From: Acidobacteriota bacterium
GTDB lineage: Bacteria > Acidobacteriota > UBA6911 > RPQK01 > JAJDTT01
Direction: 5' to 3'
NCBI GenBank assembly: GCA_965263035.1
Contig: OZ253580.1
Span: 1,664,001 to 1,728,000, forward strand
Length of the DNA: 64,000 nucleotides
Shown here one piece after another: positions 51,301-59,671 of the stretch. The translations under genes and the position numbers were made by a program. The notes beneath the pieces were generated by a model. The model worked only from the letters and a program-made list of their open reading frames with translations. It ran no database searches and was not told where the DNA came from. Position 1 is the first letter of the stretch. Each line of letters opens with the position of its first letter.

Positions 51301-51442
51301 GAGCCAGTTGAAAGGTCTGGAGAGCGGCCTCCGGAGAGTAGGGAGGTTCCGCATCCCCGCAGCCGCCGGTGAGAACTGCGGCCAGAACTGCGGCGAACCG
51401 GACGGCCTGTCTCAACCTCGTCCCCGCCCGTTTCTTGCTCAA
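48368..51442 (-). CDS. PVC-type haem-binding CxxCH protein (propeller + HEAT repeats + cytochrome c), probable lipoprotein
   Basis: LTGG-C lipobox, AEPQVVDPVSMAFDERGRLFV, EDRDGDGR, GPDGALYVVD, HGRIYRI, HEAT region, CSQCH, VGPDL, SAMPEG. Confidence 0.9.
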   Translation of the reverse strand: MSKKRAGTRLRQAVRFAAVLAAVLTGGCGDAEPPYSPEAALQTFQLAPGFRIELAAAEPQVVDPVSMAFDERGRLFVVEMRDYPISDKPLSRIKLLEDRDGDGRFEHSSVFVDGLHMAHGVLPWKGGILVTCAPDILHFTDTDDDGRADQRKVILTGFAQVNPQLRINTPLYEMDNWIYAAYPRFGVGRRFKQFSDQGQPIHFPDHPEIAPVDVFERRSDIRFKPDKLQLEPVSGNSEFGHTFNARGHRFPSWNNNHLRHSVIETRYLDRNPHLQVDNPMQTVSDHGQPAPVYPITDDPHLQDIRQTRLLKELGHFTSACGQSIYAGGRFPQRYHGAYFIAEPAHNLVHSDILSAQGATYTGAGAFEESEFLASRDSWFMPVFTTTGPDGALYVVDFHRKIVEHPEWIREDFVDDQELFYAGQDHGRIYRIVHGETEPEQPPRLDQAGAAELADRLSHPNRWWRLTAQRLLVESQDQSVVPRLKELARSGASARGRMHALWTLEGLDALDAGLVLGGLSDESPEVREQAIRMGESYLSDRRIVDRMMEMTGDPDERVRFQLACTLGELPANIAFKPLVEIAADHMEDPWFQVAVLSATADDPVRWFRAVIRNEEFTSGGTEGRQLFLRRLTSMIGARQKARELTAVLAAVLNAAGDADLWWPALSLEGLAEGLKRGTESEVNLPRRAQQILLEFLSKPNRLGTAALEVVDGVRLSDTLQFRSLMRQAAALAADEGAGLDARVHAIRLAALAPSRTDYSLLAGLLQPRQPEEIQMAATRALIVLPHPKSTEILLDAWRSFTASLQNVALDGILREPRRVPSLLDAVEAGTVQPWTIRGARRGRLFRVSEGETLDRARTLLRSSPPDLRALTDQYGVAARTTGDIDAGRDVFSEHCSQCHKVGDTGSEVGPDLLSLSGRTKYEFLENILDPNSNIVPGYEEYLVETHDGRALTGVMASQGPATVTLRRSEGEEDTLARSQIANLRSLGVSAMPEGVQEDISVRQMTDLLEYLTHLGADTAAGSGDF

Positions 51443-53046
51443 CCCGAATTGTCCTGGATCCGAAATCGGATGCTCATATCCTTGGTCTGGCCCGAGATCA
51501 GGTCCTGAACGGAGATCTCGGCGCGGTAGTCCCCGACGCCGTCGATATAGAGATGGGTAGAGGCCGAAGCCCGTTCCCCCAGGTAGGTCAGACCGACGTG
51601 ATCCAGACGGATCTCCTGGACCACCCGCCCCTCCCGGTCCAGAACGCGCAGCGGAATCTTCAGGTCCGCCTCGCCGGTGGCGGCGTCCACGGAGAAGTTG
51701 TAGATCTCGAAATAGAGTCCGACCCGTTCTCCGGCCGGAAACGTATTCTTCTGGAGGTTGGGATAGACCTTCAGTCCGGACAGCGTGGCGAAGGGCTCCA
51801 GTGGATTGGCCTCCTTCTGGACTCGAATCCGATCCGCCAGGATCAGCGAACTGGTGAAGAGTTCCTTCCCCGGCTTGGGCGGCACCACGATGGAATGGAC
51901 CGAGGTGCCGATCTTCCCGGAGTGAACGTCGCGGACCACCCAGTCCAGCTTGTAGCGGCCCGACTTCAGGGGAATCGTGTGTTGGTAGAGAGACTTCCCC
52001 TGTTCCACGAACGGGCGGTAGCCGGTGTCCTCCACGTAGACCTGGTCTTCGAACTCGTAGACGATCTTCCCCAGGAGGTCATGAACGGCGCCGTAGATCT
52101 CGACGCGGGCCTTGCGGATTTCGTTCTCCGGCTGATAGGTCAAGAGCCGGTTCCAGATCTGAAGCGTGGCCGGCACCATGAATTGCTCCGCATTGACCCA
52201 GACGATGGCCGCGCGGGTGTCGACGGGCAACTCCTCGTAGTGGATGCGCGTCCCGACGACTTTCTGCAGGTCCTTGTACTTGATGTTGGGAGGAGTGAGC
52301 GCCCGGAAGTAGTCCTCGATGCGCTGGAGGTTGCTCTTGTTGATGCCGAGACCGGTGTGATCCAGAGGCCTCAGAATGCCCTGCTGCCGGATGCGGTCGA
52401 GGCGCGTCCTGGATCCGAAGACCTCGTCCATGGTCAGCCCGTAGCCGGTCATGAGCAGAGCGTCCTTCTCGTCCGGGGTGAGAGCCAGGCGGTAGTTGCC
52501 GTTCATGCCGGAGTCCACGAACTCGAACAGGATGTCGTTTCCCAGGCCTTTGATGTAGCGATAGTTCCAAACCTCGTAAGGGAAAGTAGTGGTCGACCCA
52601 CCGCCTTCGGAAAGCGGACGGTTGTGAAGTCCGCCCATGGGATGCATTTCGATGTGGGCCGGTGGGCCGAAAACGATATAGATCCGTCCCCGATCCGTGA
52701 GCCACCCGTCACGCCCCGCCTTGAAGCGCTCATTGGCGTACGCGATGCGGCGGTAGTGCTCCTCCTTGAATTCGTTTATGGACGTTCTGGGATCGGGATC
52801 CCGGCGCAGCCAGAACTGCTCGATGAACCGCTCCTTTTCCTCCGGCGAGGAAAGTGTCTGGAAGACGCTCTTTTCTTCCGGATTGACGATGTAGCGAACG
52901 TCCTCATCCAGCCACTTTCTGAAGTACTGCTCGGATTCCTCGTCTCTGACGGATTGGCCGAGGGAGACGGAAGTAATTAGGAGAAAGAGACAAATTCCCG
53001 GAATTGCCGGACCCATGGGTTGCCGAAGAGTATAACGAATGACCAT
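51439..53046 (-). CDS. GWxTD domain protein
   Basis: KWLDEDVRYI, FIEQFWLRRDPDP, GWLTDRGRIYIVFGPP; paralogue of 41742..43325; stop overlaps the downstream TTG start. Start uncertain (53016 or 53046). Confidence 0.92.
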   Translation of the reverse strand: MVIRYTLRQPMGPAIPGICLFLLITSVSLGQSVRDEESEQYFRKWLDEDVRYIVNPEEKSVFQTLSSPEEKERFIEQFWLRRDPDPRTSINEFKEEHYRRIAYANERFKAGRDGWLTDRGRIYIVFGPPAHIEMHPMGGLHNRPLSEGGGSTTTFPYEVWNYRYIKGLGNDILFEFVDSGMNGNYRLALTPDEKDALLMTGYGLTMDEVFGSRTRLDRIRQQGILRPLDHTGLGINKSNLQRIEDYFRALTPPNIKYKDLQKVVGTRIHYEELPVDTRAAIVWVNAEQFMVPATLQIWNRLLTYQPENEIRKARVEIYGAVHDLLGKIVYEFEDQVYVEDTGYRPFVEQGKSLYQHTIPLKSGRYKLDWVVRDVHSGKIGTSVHSIVVPPKPGKELFTSSLILADRIRVQKEANPLEPFATLSGLKVYPNLQKNTFPAGERVGLYFEIYNFSVDAATGEADLKIPLRVLDREGRVVQEIRLDHVGLTYLGERASASTHLYIDGVGDYRAEISVQDLISGQTKDMSIRFRIQDNSG

Positions 53047-53075
53047 CTCCCGCGGTAGCGAGCCCGTTCCACCCC

Positions 53076-53141
53076 ATGGGAGCGGGGACATTGTTGTCCC
53101 CGGGACTCCCCGGAATCGGGGGTTTCAAACGCCGCTCCTAT
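53076..53141. repeat. REP/REPIN-like pair in a divergent promoter region
   Basis: TGGGAGCGGGGACATTGTTGTCCCCG and CGGGGGTTTCAAACGCCGCTCCTA. Confidence 0.68.
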
Positions 53142-53170
53142 TTGACATTGCGACCCACCCTTCATATTCT
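53142..53170 (+). promoter_or_regulatory. Candidate sigma-70 promoter for cocE-cocE-sulfatase
   Basis: TTGACA-N17-TATTCT, 60 bp upstream of ATG 53231. Confidence 0.6.
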
Positions 53171-53230
53171 GAGCCGCAAATTTTCACTCAGCTTCCAGTC
53201 CAATCAATCAGCAAGAATGGGAGGTCGCTC

Positions 53231-55147
53231 ATGAGGGGTTCGTCGTGGACTCTGCTGTTCACAGTGGGACTCTGCTGTGTTGGCTTTTCGGCCGCCGGGC
53301 CGACGGTGGAGGGTAAGACCATGGATGTCGTCGTCTTGAAGGATGTCATGGTCCCGATGCGGGACGGAGTCGAGCTGGCGACGGATCTGTACCTGCCCGC
53401 AAAGGACGGCCGACCGCTGGAGGGCAAGTTTCCGGTGGTCCTGCAACGGACGCCCTACGACAAGGAGAACCAGTTCTACAAGGACCCGGCCACCTTCTTT
53501 GCCAGCCACGGTTACCTGTCGGTGATTCAGGACTGCCGGGGGCGGTTCCGATCGGGAGGCGAATTCTTCCCCATGCGGGACGAGGCGGAGGACGGCTACG
53601 ATACGGTGGAATGGCTGGCCCGGCATCCCTCCAGCAGCGGAAAGGTGGGAACCTACGGAGTCTCCTACATGGGTTGGGTGCAAATCCAGATGGCGACGCT
53701 GAATCCGCCCAGCCTGGCCACCATGATCCCTCACACCGGACCGAACAACGCGTACTACTACAGCATGCACGTCGGTGGGACCCGAACTCTGGGTCTGTTG
53801 AGGTGGCACCTGCACATGGCCACTACGAGTTGGGAGGCTAAGGAGAACCCCTCCATCGTGGAAGCCATAAAGCCGATGCTGACCTCCAAGGGGTTTCTGC
53901 AGTGGGCGTCACGGATTCCATGGCGGCGCGGGCAGACGCCGCTGAGCGTGGCTCCCAGGTACGAGGACGCCGCTTTCCAGTTCTACTTCGACAACAACGA
54001 CTACACCGAGTTCTGGCAACGGCCCGGCTTGGCCATGGACGAATACTTCGACAACTATCCGGACATTCCCATCATGTGGGTCACCGGATGGTACGAAGTC
54101 TACGCCCGCTCCATCGTGGACGGCTACCTGGAGATGCTCAAGCGAGGCCGCCGCGACCAGTATCTTGTGGCCGGCCCCTGGACCCACGCCAACTGGGATC
54201 CCTACAACGGGGACGCCAACTACGGCGCCAAGGCGGGGCTCATGCCACCCAACGATCTCGAATTCCTCGACTACGAGCTGCAGTGGTTCGATCGCTGGCT
54301 CAAGGGGGACGAGAGCGCCGAGCTCGGCCATCCGGTGAAGGTGTTCGTGATGGGCGGCGGTGACGGCGGGCGCGGTGAAAAAGACCGGATGAACCATGGA
54401 GGCGCCTGGCATACCGGCGACGAATGGCCCGCCGTCGATACCTCTGCCAGGAAATACTATTTCCACGGCGACGGCACGCTGGCGGCAACGAAACCCAGCG
54501 GCGGCGCCGATTCCACCACCTACACCTACGACCCTCGAAACACGGTCCACAGCGACGGCCGCTGCGAGATCGCCTACGGACCGGCGTCCGAACTCGGGTT
54601 CCGGGGAATGGGACCCTACAATCAGATTCAGATGGAGACCCTCCCGGGCCACGGGATACCCGGACTTCCCACCGCCTCCCGTCCCGACGTGCTGGTCTTC
54701 CAGACGCCTCCCCTCTCCCGGGATACCGTCGTGGCGGGCAATCTTCGAGCCGTGCTCTACGTGTCGTCCGACGCTCCCGACACCGACTTCTTCGTCAAGC
54801 TGATCGACGTCTATCCGGCCAGCGAGGATTACCCTGCCGGCTACGCCTTCCCCGTCACCGACGGAATCATTCGAGCCCGGTACCGGAACAGCTTCAAGAC
54901 GCCGGAGCTGATGGAGCCGGGCACCGTGTATGAGATTCGCCTGCCGATTCAGCCGGCGGCCAACCTGTTCAAGGCGGGCCATCGCCTCCGGGTGGACATT
55001 TCCAGCAGCAGCTTTCCCAACTTCGATATCAACCGGAACACGGGCGACCCGCTGAGCCGGCAGTGGCGCATCGCCAACAACACGGTTTATCACGGCGGCA
55101 AACACGCTTCCTTCATCGAGTTGGCGATTCAGGAGAGGCGTCCATGA
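53231..55147 (+). CDS. CocE/NonD family hydrolase, exported
   Basis: GGGAGG RBS; signal peptide, RTPY, GVSYMG, GWYE, GPWTH; close paralogue of 13147..15054. Confidence 0.92.
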   Translation: MRGSSWTLLFTVGLCCVGFSAAGPTVEGKTMDVVVLKDVMVPMRDGVELATDLYLPAKDGRPLEGKFPVVLQRTPYDKENQFYKDPATFFASHGYLSVIQDCRGRFRSGGEFFPMRDEAEDGYDTVEWLARHPSSSGKVGTYGVSYMGWVQIQMATLNPPSLATMIPHTGPNNAYYYSMHVGGTRTLGLLRWHLHMATTSWEAKENPSIVEAIKPMLTSKGFLQWASRIPWRRGQTPLSVAPRYEDAAFQFYFDNNDYTEFWQRPGLAMDEYFDNYPDIPIMWVTGWYEVYARSIVDGYLEMLKRGRRDQYLVAGPWTHANWDPYNGDANYGAKAGLMPPNDLEFLDYELQWFDRWLKGDESAELGHPVKVFVMGGGDGGRGEKDRMNHGGAWHTGDEWPAVDTSARKYYFHGDGTLAATKPSGGADSTTYTYDPRNTVHSDGRCEIAYGPASELGFRGMGPYNQIQMETLPGHGIPGLPTASRPDVLVFQTPPLSRDTVVAGNLRAVLYVSSDAPDTDFFVKLIDVYPASEDYPAGYAFPVTDGIIRARYRNSFKTPELMEPGTVYEIRLPIQPAANLFKAGHRLRVDISSSSFPNFDINRNTGDPLSRQWRIANNTVYHGGKHASFIELAIQERRP

Positions 55148-56961
55148 TTCGCATGACTCGCCACTGGACGCGAGGGCTTCTTGTCATGTGCCTGCAATCC
55201 ACACTCATCTCGCCGTCCTTGGCCGAGAGACCGGCCTGGAAGGACCTGCTGTCTCCGCCGGAACACAGCCCCGCCACGCTGATCGACGTCCGGGTGCCCA
55301 TGCGGGACGGGGTGTCGTTGTCGGCGGACGTCTATCTCCCCAGGAAGGAAGGCCGGTGGCCGGTCATTCTGGAGCGGACGCCGTATGGCAACAGCTCCGA
55401 CTGGTACGTCAACCGGGCCTTGTATTTCGCCCGGCGCGGTTACGTGTACGTGCTCCAGGACTGCCGCGGCCGTTTCGATTCGGATGGCAAGTGGTCCGGG
55501 TGGATCGTGGAGATCGAAGATGGGCGCGACACGCTGGACTGGTGCGGCACGCAGTCCTGGTCGGACGGCAACGTGGGCATGATGGGGATGTCCCACATGG
55601 GACTCACCCAGTGGAAGGCAGCTCAGACCGGTTCACCCTACCTGAAAGCCATCGCCCCTCAGATGGGGCCGGCCGACGAATACCTGTACGGGATGAACTA
55701 CAGCGGGGGCGCCTTTCTGCTGCAGATCGGCATTCCCTGGTCCATCGGCGTCCGCGGGCGGACCCAGCAGACGCGCAAACCCTATGAATGGGACAAGCTG
55801 TTTCGCCACCTGCCCATTCTGACGGCCGACGTCGAGGCCACGGGGAAACCGATCGGTTTCTACCGCGACTGGATCCAGCATCCGAGCTACGACGAGTTCT
55901 GGAAGAAGGCCAGTAATTACGGGCACTTCCGCGAAATGGACATCCCCATTTTGCAGGTGAGCGGCTGGCTCGACCTGCACGCCAAGTCGCTGTTCGCCAA
56001 CTACGAGGCCATACAGCGGGAGGGCACCGAGCGCGCCAAGCGTTTGCAGAAGGTGGTGGTGGGCCCCTGGGTTCATACCGATCGGCCCAAGCAGGGATAC
56101 GGAGTGCTGGATTTCGGAGTCGAATCGATCATCGATCTCTATGCGCTCTACCTGCGCTGGATGGACCGGTGGCTGAAGGGGATCGAGAACGGGGTCGAGA
56201 ACGAGCCCCCTCTTAAACTGTTCATGATGGGGAAGAACCGCTGGCGAACCGCCGACAAATGGCCTCTCCCCGAGACCCAATGGACACCCTTCTACCTGCG
56301 CAGCGGCGGGCGGGCCAATTCCCTCTACGGCGACGGCACCCTCTCCACCGATCCGGCGCCCGACGGCGAGTCGGCCGACCGTTACACCTATAATCCGGAG
56401 GACCCGGTCCCGACTCTGGGGATGGACCCCAACGGCGAGGTGGCGCCCCTGGACCACCGGCCCGTGGAGAACCGGGACGACGTTCTCGTCTACAGCACCG
56501 ACGTCCTGGAAGAAGAGCTGGAAGTGACGGGGCCGATACAGGCCAGCATCTACGCCAGCAGCTCCGCTCTGGACACGGACTGGACCGTCAAGCTGCTGGA
56601 CGTCTACCCGGACGGGAAGGCGGTCAACCTCTGGGACGGCATCCTCCGGGCGCGTTACCGGGAGCCCGCGGCCGTGAGGGCGGGCGTCCCGTCACCGGGA
56701 CAGTTCGAGAATCCCCAACTGCTGGAACCGGGGACGGTCTACAAATTCTTCATCGAGGTGGGCGTCGTCAGCAATGTCTTTCTCAAGGGTCACCGGATCC
56801 GCGTCGAGGTCTCCAGCAGCAATTTCCCCCGCTTCGACCGCAATCTGAACAACGGAGGAAGACTGGGCGTCGACACCGAGATTGTCGCCGCCCATCAGAC
56901 CGTCTACCACGATGCCGACCACCCGTCCCACATCCTGCTGCCGGTCATTCCGGAGCGGTGA
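55144..56961 (+). CDS. CocE/NonD family hydrolase with GMSHMG nucleophile variant
   Basis: ATGA overlap with upstream gene; MRDGVSLSADVYLP, RTPY, QDCRGRFDSDG, GWLD, GPWVH, SSSNFPRFDRN. Confidence 0.92.
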   Translation: MIRMTRHWTRGLLVMCLQSTLISPSLAERPAWKDLLSPPEHSPATLIDVRVPMRDGVSLSADVYLPRKEGRWPVILERTPYGNSSDWYVNRALYFARRGYVYVLQDCRGRFDSDGKWSGWIVEIEDGRDTLDWCGTQSWSDGNVGMMGMSHMGLTQWKAAQTGSPYLKAIAPQMGPADEYLYGMNYSGGAFLLQIGIPWSIGVRGRTQQTRKPYEWDKLFRHLPILTADVEATGKPIGFYRDWIQHPSYDEFWKKASNYGHFREMDIPILQVSGWLDLHAKSLFANYEAIQREGTERAKRLQKVVVGPWVHTDRPKQGYGVLDFGVESIIDLYALYLRWMDRWLKGIENGVENEPPLKLFMMGKNRWRTADKWPLPETQWTPFYLRSGGRANSLYGDGTLSTDPAPDGESADRYTYNPEDPVPTLGMDPNGEVAPLDHRPVENRDDVLVYSTDVLEEELEVTGPIQASIYASSSALDTDWTVKLLDVYPDGKAVNLWDGILRARYREPAAVRAGVPSPGQFENPQLLEPGTVYKFFIEVGVVSNVFLKGHRIRVEVSSSNFPRFDRNLNNGGRLGVDTEIVAAHQTVYHDADHPSHILLPVIPER

Positions 56962-57024
56962 CCGGAGCGGCGACTTCCCAGTCGCCGATAGGGGGGGTAG
57001 GGGGGACGGGAGTCCCCCCTCTAC
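56962..57024. repeat. REP/REPIN-like pair
   Basis: CGGAGCGGCGACTTCCCAGTCGCCGA and GGGGGACGGGAGTCCCCCCTCTA, similar to part of the 26.6 kb cluster. Confidence 0.75.
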
Positions 57025-57070
57025 ACCCTCCCCAACTCCACCCGTATCCCAAGGCGACTATATTGTGAGC

Positions 57071-58912
57071 ATGTTGATGCGTACTATCGTCCTGCTCGTA
57101 GCATCCATCGTCCCCGCCTTTGCCGACACTCCCAACATCCTGTGGATCAGCTCCGAAGACAACGGTCCCCACTTGGGCGTCTACGGCGACTCCTACGCCG
57201 ACACTCCGAACCTGGATGCCTTCGGCGCCCGCGGCATGATCTACCGCAACGCGTGGTCCACGGCACCCGTTTGCGCGCCTGCGCGCACCACCATCATCAG
57301 CGGCATGTACCCGCCGTCCACGGGGTCGCAGCACATGCGCTCGTCGACGCGGCTGCCGACGCGGATGAAGATGTTCCCCCAGTACCTCTGCGAGGCCGGC
57401 TACTACACCTCGAACAACTCCAAGGAGGACTACAACCTGGTCAAGCCCGGGAAGGTCTGGGACGAGTCAAATACCCAGGCGCACTGGCGCAAGCGGGCTC
57501 CCGGCCAGCCCTTCTTCTCGGTCTTCAATCTCACGGTCACCCACGAGTCCCAGATTCGGAGGCGCCCGCATACGGCCGTCCACGACCCTGCTTCGGTGCG
57601 GGTCCCCACCTACCAACCCGACACCCCGGAAACCCGGCGGGACTGGGCCCAGTATCACGACAAGATCACGGAGATGGACGCTCTGGCCGGCGACGTACTG
57701 GGACAGTTGAAAGAAGACGGCCTGGAAGAGGACACCATCGTCTTCTACTGGGCGGACCACGGGCCCGGCCTGCCCCGCAGCAAGCGTTGGACCTACAACT
57801 CCGGGCTGAACGTGCCGCTGATCCTGTACATCCCGGAGAAGTTCCGGCACCTGCGCCCGGCCGAGTACACCACGGGCGGGGAGAGCGGCCGCCTCGTCGG
57901 CTTCGTCGACTTCGCGGCAACGGTGCTCAGCCTCGCGGGCATCCGACCTCCGGATCACTTCCAGGGCCACGCCTTCGCGGGCAAGTACGAGGCTCCACCG
58001 CAACCGTACCTGTACGGATTTCGCGGACGCATGGACGAGCGTTACGACATGGTCCGCAGCGTTCGCGGCCAGCGCTACATCTACATCCGCAACTTCATGC
58101 CGCACCGGATCTACGGCCAGTTCGTCGAGTACATGTTCCGGACGACGACGACGGCCGTCTGGCACCAGCTGTACCACGAGGGCAAGCTGAGCCCTCCTCG
58201 CACCCACTTCTGGGAGACCAAGCCGGCCGAGGAACTCTACGACCTGGCGGAAGATCCCGATGAGACGAGAAATCTCGCCGACAGCCCCGAGCATACGGCG
58301 GTTCTGGAGCGCCTCCGGACCGCGCTACGCGAGTGGTCACTGTCGATCCGCGACCTGGGATTCCTGCCCGAAATTGCCATCCACGCGCGGTCGGGCCGCG
58401 ACGCGCCCCACACGATGGGGGCCAGCCCGGACAGGTACCCGCTGGAGCGCATCATGAGCATGGCCGAATTGGCTTCCTCCATGCGGGATGGCGTAGAGGA
58501 CGAACTCCGCGCCGGGTTCGCAGATCCTGACGGTGCGGTGCGCTATTGGGCGGCCCTGGGCACCTTGATTCGAGGCAAGAAGGCGGTTCGGTCCCTGGCC
58601 GAAACGCTCCGGAAGGCGCTCTCGGACGAGGACCCGGCGGTGCGCGTCGCCGCCGGAGAAGCCCTCGGACGCCACGGCAGCGACGCGGACTCCGAACGCG
58701 CGGTGGACGTGCTGGTAGGACTGGCCGATGCCGAAAAGCACGGCCTCCACGTCGCCATGATGGCTCTCAACGCTCTCGACTACCTGGACGGCCGAGCCGA
58801 GCCGGCGCTTGAGCGAATCCTCGCCTTGCCCCAGGAGCTGCCGGGAATGGACCGGCGGTTCCGCATCTATCTACCCAACCTCATCGCCAAGATCCGCTCG
58901 GACTTTGAGTGA
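57071..58912 (+). CDS. Formylglycine-dependent sulfatase with C-terminal HEAT repeats
   Basis: Signal peptide, PNILWISSED, CAPARTTIISG (CxPxR), ADHG, ELYDL..DPDE, VRYWAALG HEAT region. Confidence 0.92.
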   Translation: MLMRTIVLLVASIVPAFADTPNILWISSEDNGPHLGVYGDSYADTPNLDAFGARGMIYRNAWSTAPVCAPARTTIISGMYPPSTGSQHMRSSTRLPTRMKMFPQYLCEAGYYTSNNSKEDYNLVKPGKVWDESNTQAHWRKRAPGQPFFSVFNLTVTHESQIRRRPHTAVHDPASVRVPTYQPDTPETRRDWAQYHDKITEMDALAGDVLGQLKEDGLEEDTIVFYWADHGPGLPRSKRWTYNSGLNVPLILYIPEKFRHLRPAEYTTGGESGRLVGFVDFAATVLSLAGIRPPDHFQGHAFAGKYEAPPQPYLYGFRGRMDERYDMVRSVRGQRYIYIRNFMPHRIYGQFVEYMFRTTTTAVWHQLYHEGKLSPPRTHFWETKPAEELYDLAEDPDETRNLADSPEHTAVLERLRTALREWSLSIRDLGFLPEIAIHARSGRDAPHTMGASPDRYPLERIMSMAELASSMRDGVEDELRAGFADPDGAVRYWAALGTLIRGKKAVRSLAETLRKALSDEDPAVRVAAGEALGRHGSDADSERAVDVLVGLADAEKHGLHVAMMALNALDYLDGRAEPALERILALPQELPGMDRRFRIYLPNLIAKIRSDFE

Positions 58913-58972
58913 CCGGCGCCAGCGTCGCAGACGGCACACAGCGGGTCGTCAACGATGCAGTTCCTGCTTGGT

Positions 58973-59374
58973 TCAGGAATATTCCAAGTCCAACAGCGGG
59001 ATGTCCATGGCGCGGGCGACGGTTGTCATCCGGCGATCGTAGCTCGCAAGTGCAACTGATTGTCCTTGCTTGCGCAGGAAATCGCAGGAGGCAAGATGCA
59101 AGGCATCGAGGGTGCGTACGAATACAGACACGGGAAAGGCATCCAGAGCACGCGCCAATACCGGTGGAGTAAGCTCCAGCAACGCGACTCGTCCGATGAG
59201 TCGAAGGGCCGCCTCACCGTGGGAATCGGCGAGTCTGCGGGCGTGTAGCTGGGTCCAAACCTCGTACTCCATCAAACGGCTTGACACCAGGATCTCGCTC
59301 CAAAGCGAGGCGGGTGGGCGACGATCTTCGGCCAGTAGCTGGGCAAGAGCGACGGAGGTATCGAGGTAGATCAT
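58973..59374 (-). CDS. PIN domain toxin (VapC-like)
   Basis: MIYLDTS, RTLDALHLAS, SYDRR acidic PIN residues; 133 aa. Confidence 0.9.
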   Translation of the reverse strand: MIYLDTSVALAQLLAEDRRPPASLWSEILVSSRLMEYEVWTQLHARRLADSHGEAALRLIGRVALLELTPPVLARALDAFPVSVFVRTLDALHLASCDFLRKQGQSVALASYDRRMTTVARAMDIPLLDLEYS

Positions 59375-59664
59375 CGTTCGCTCCGGTGTTCTTCCAATTC
59401 GGCGAGAAGATCCCGGAGCGGCGCCACCGGTTCAGGTGTCGGCGGCTCACCATCGGATGGTAGTGCCGGGGGCGTCAACCAGCCCTTACGTACCGCCTCT
59501 GCGAGCAGCGCGTCGGCAAGAATCGGACTCCTCGTCGGTTTTGGCGGACCGATTTCGGCTACGACTCGGTCACGGTCTGTCACCAGAACGGTTTCCCCGG
59601 ATGCGGCCAGCCGTATGTATTCGCTTAAACGGCTGTTGAGTATCTTTATCCCTACCGATCTCAT
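59371..59664 (-). CDS. Phd/YefM family antitoxin
   Basis: MRSVGIKILNSRLSEYIRLAASGETVLVTDRDRVVAEIGP; ATGA overlap with the PIN gene. Confidence 0.88.
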   Translation of the reverse strand: MRSVGIKILNSRLSEYIRLAASGETVLVTDRDRVVAEIGPPKPTRSPILADALLAEAVRKGWLTPPALPSDGEPPTPEPVAPLRDLLAELEEHRSER

Positions 59665-59671
59665 ACGGAAT

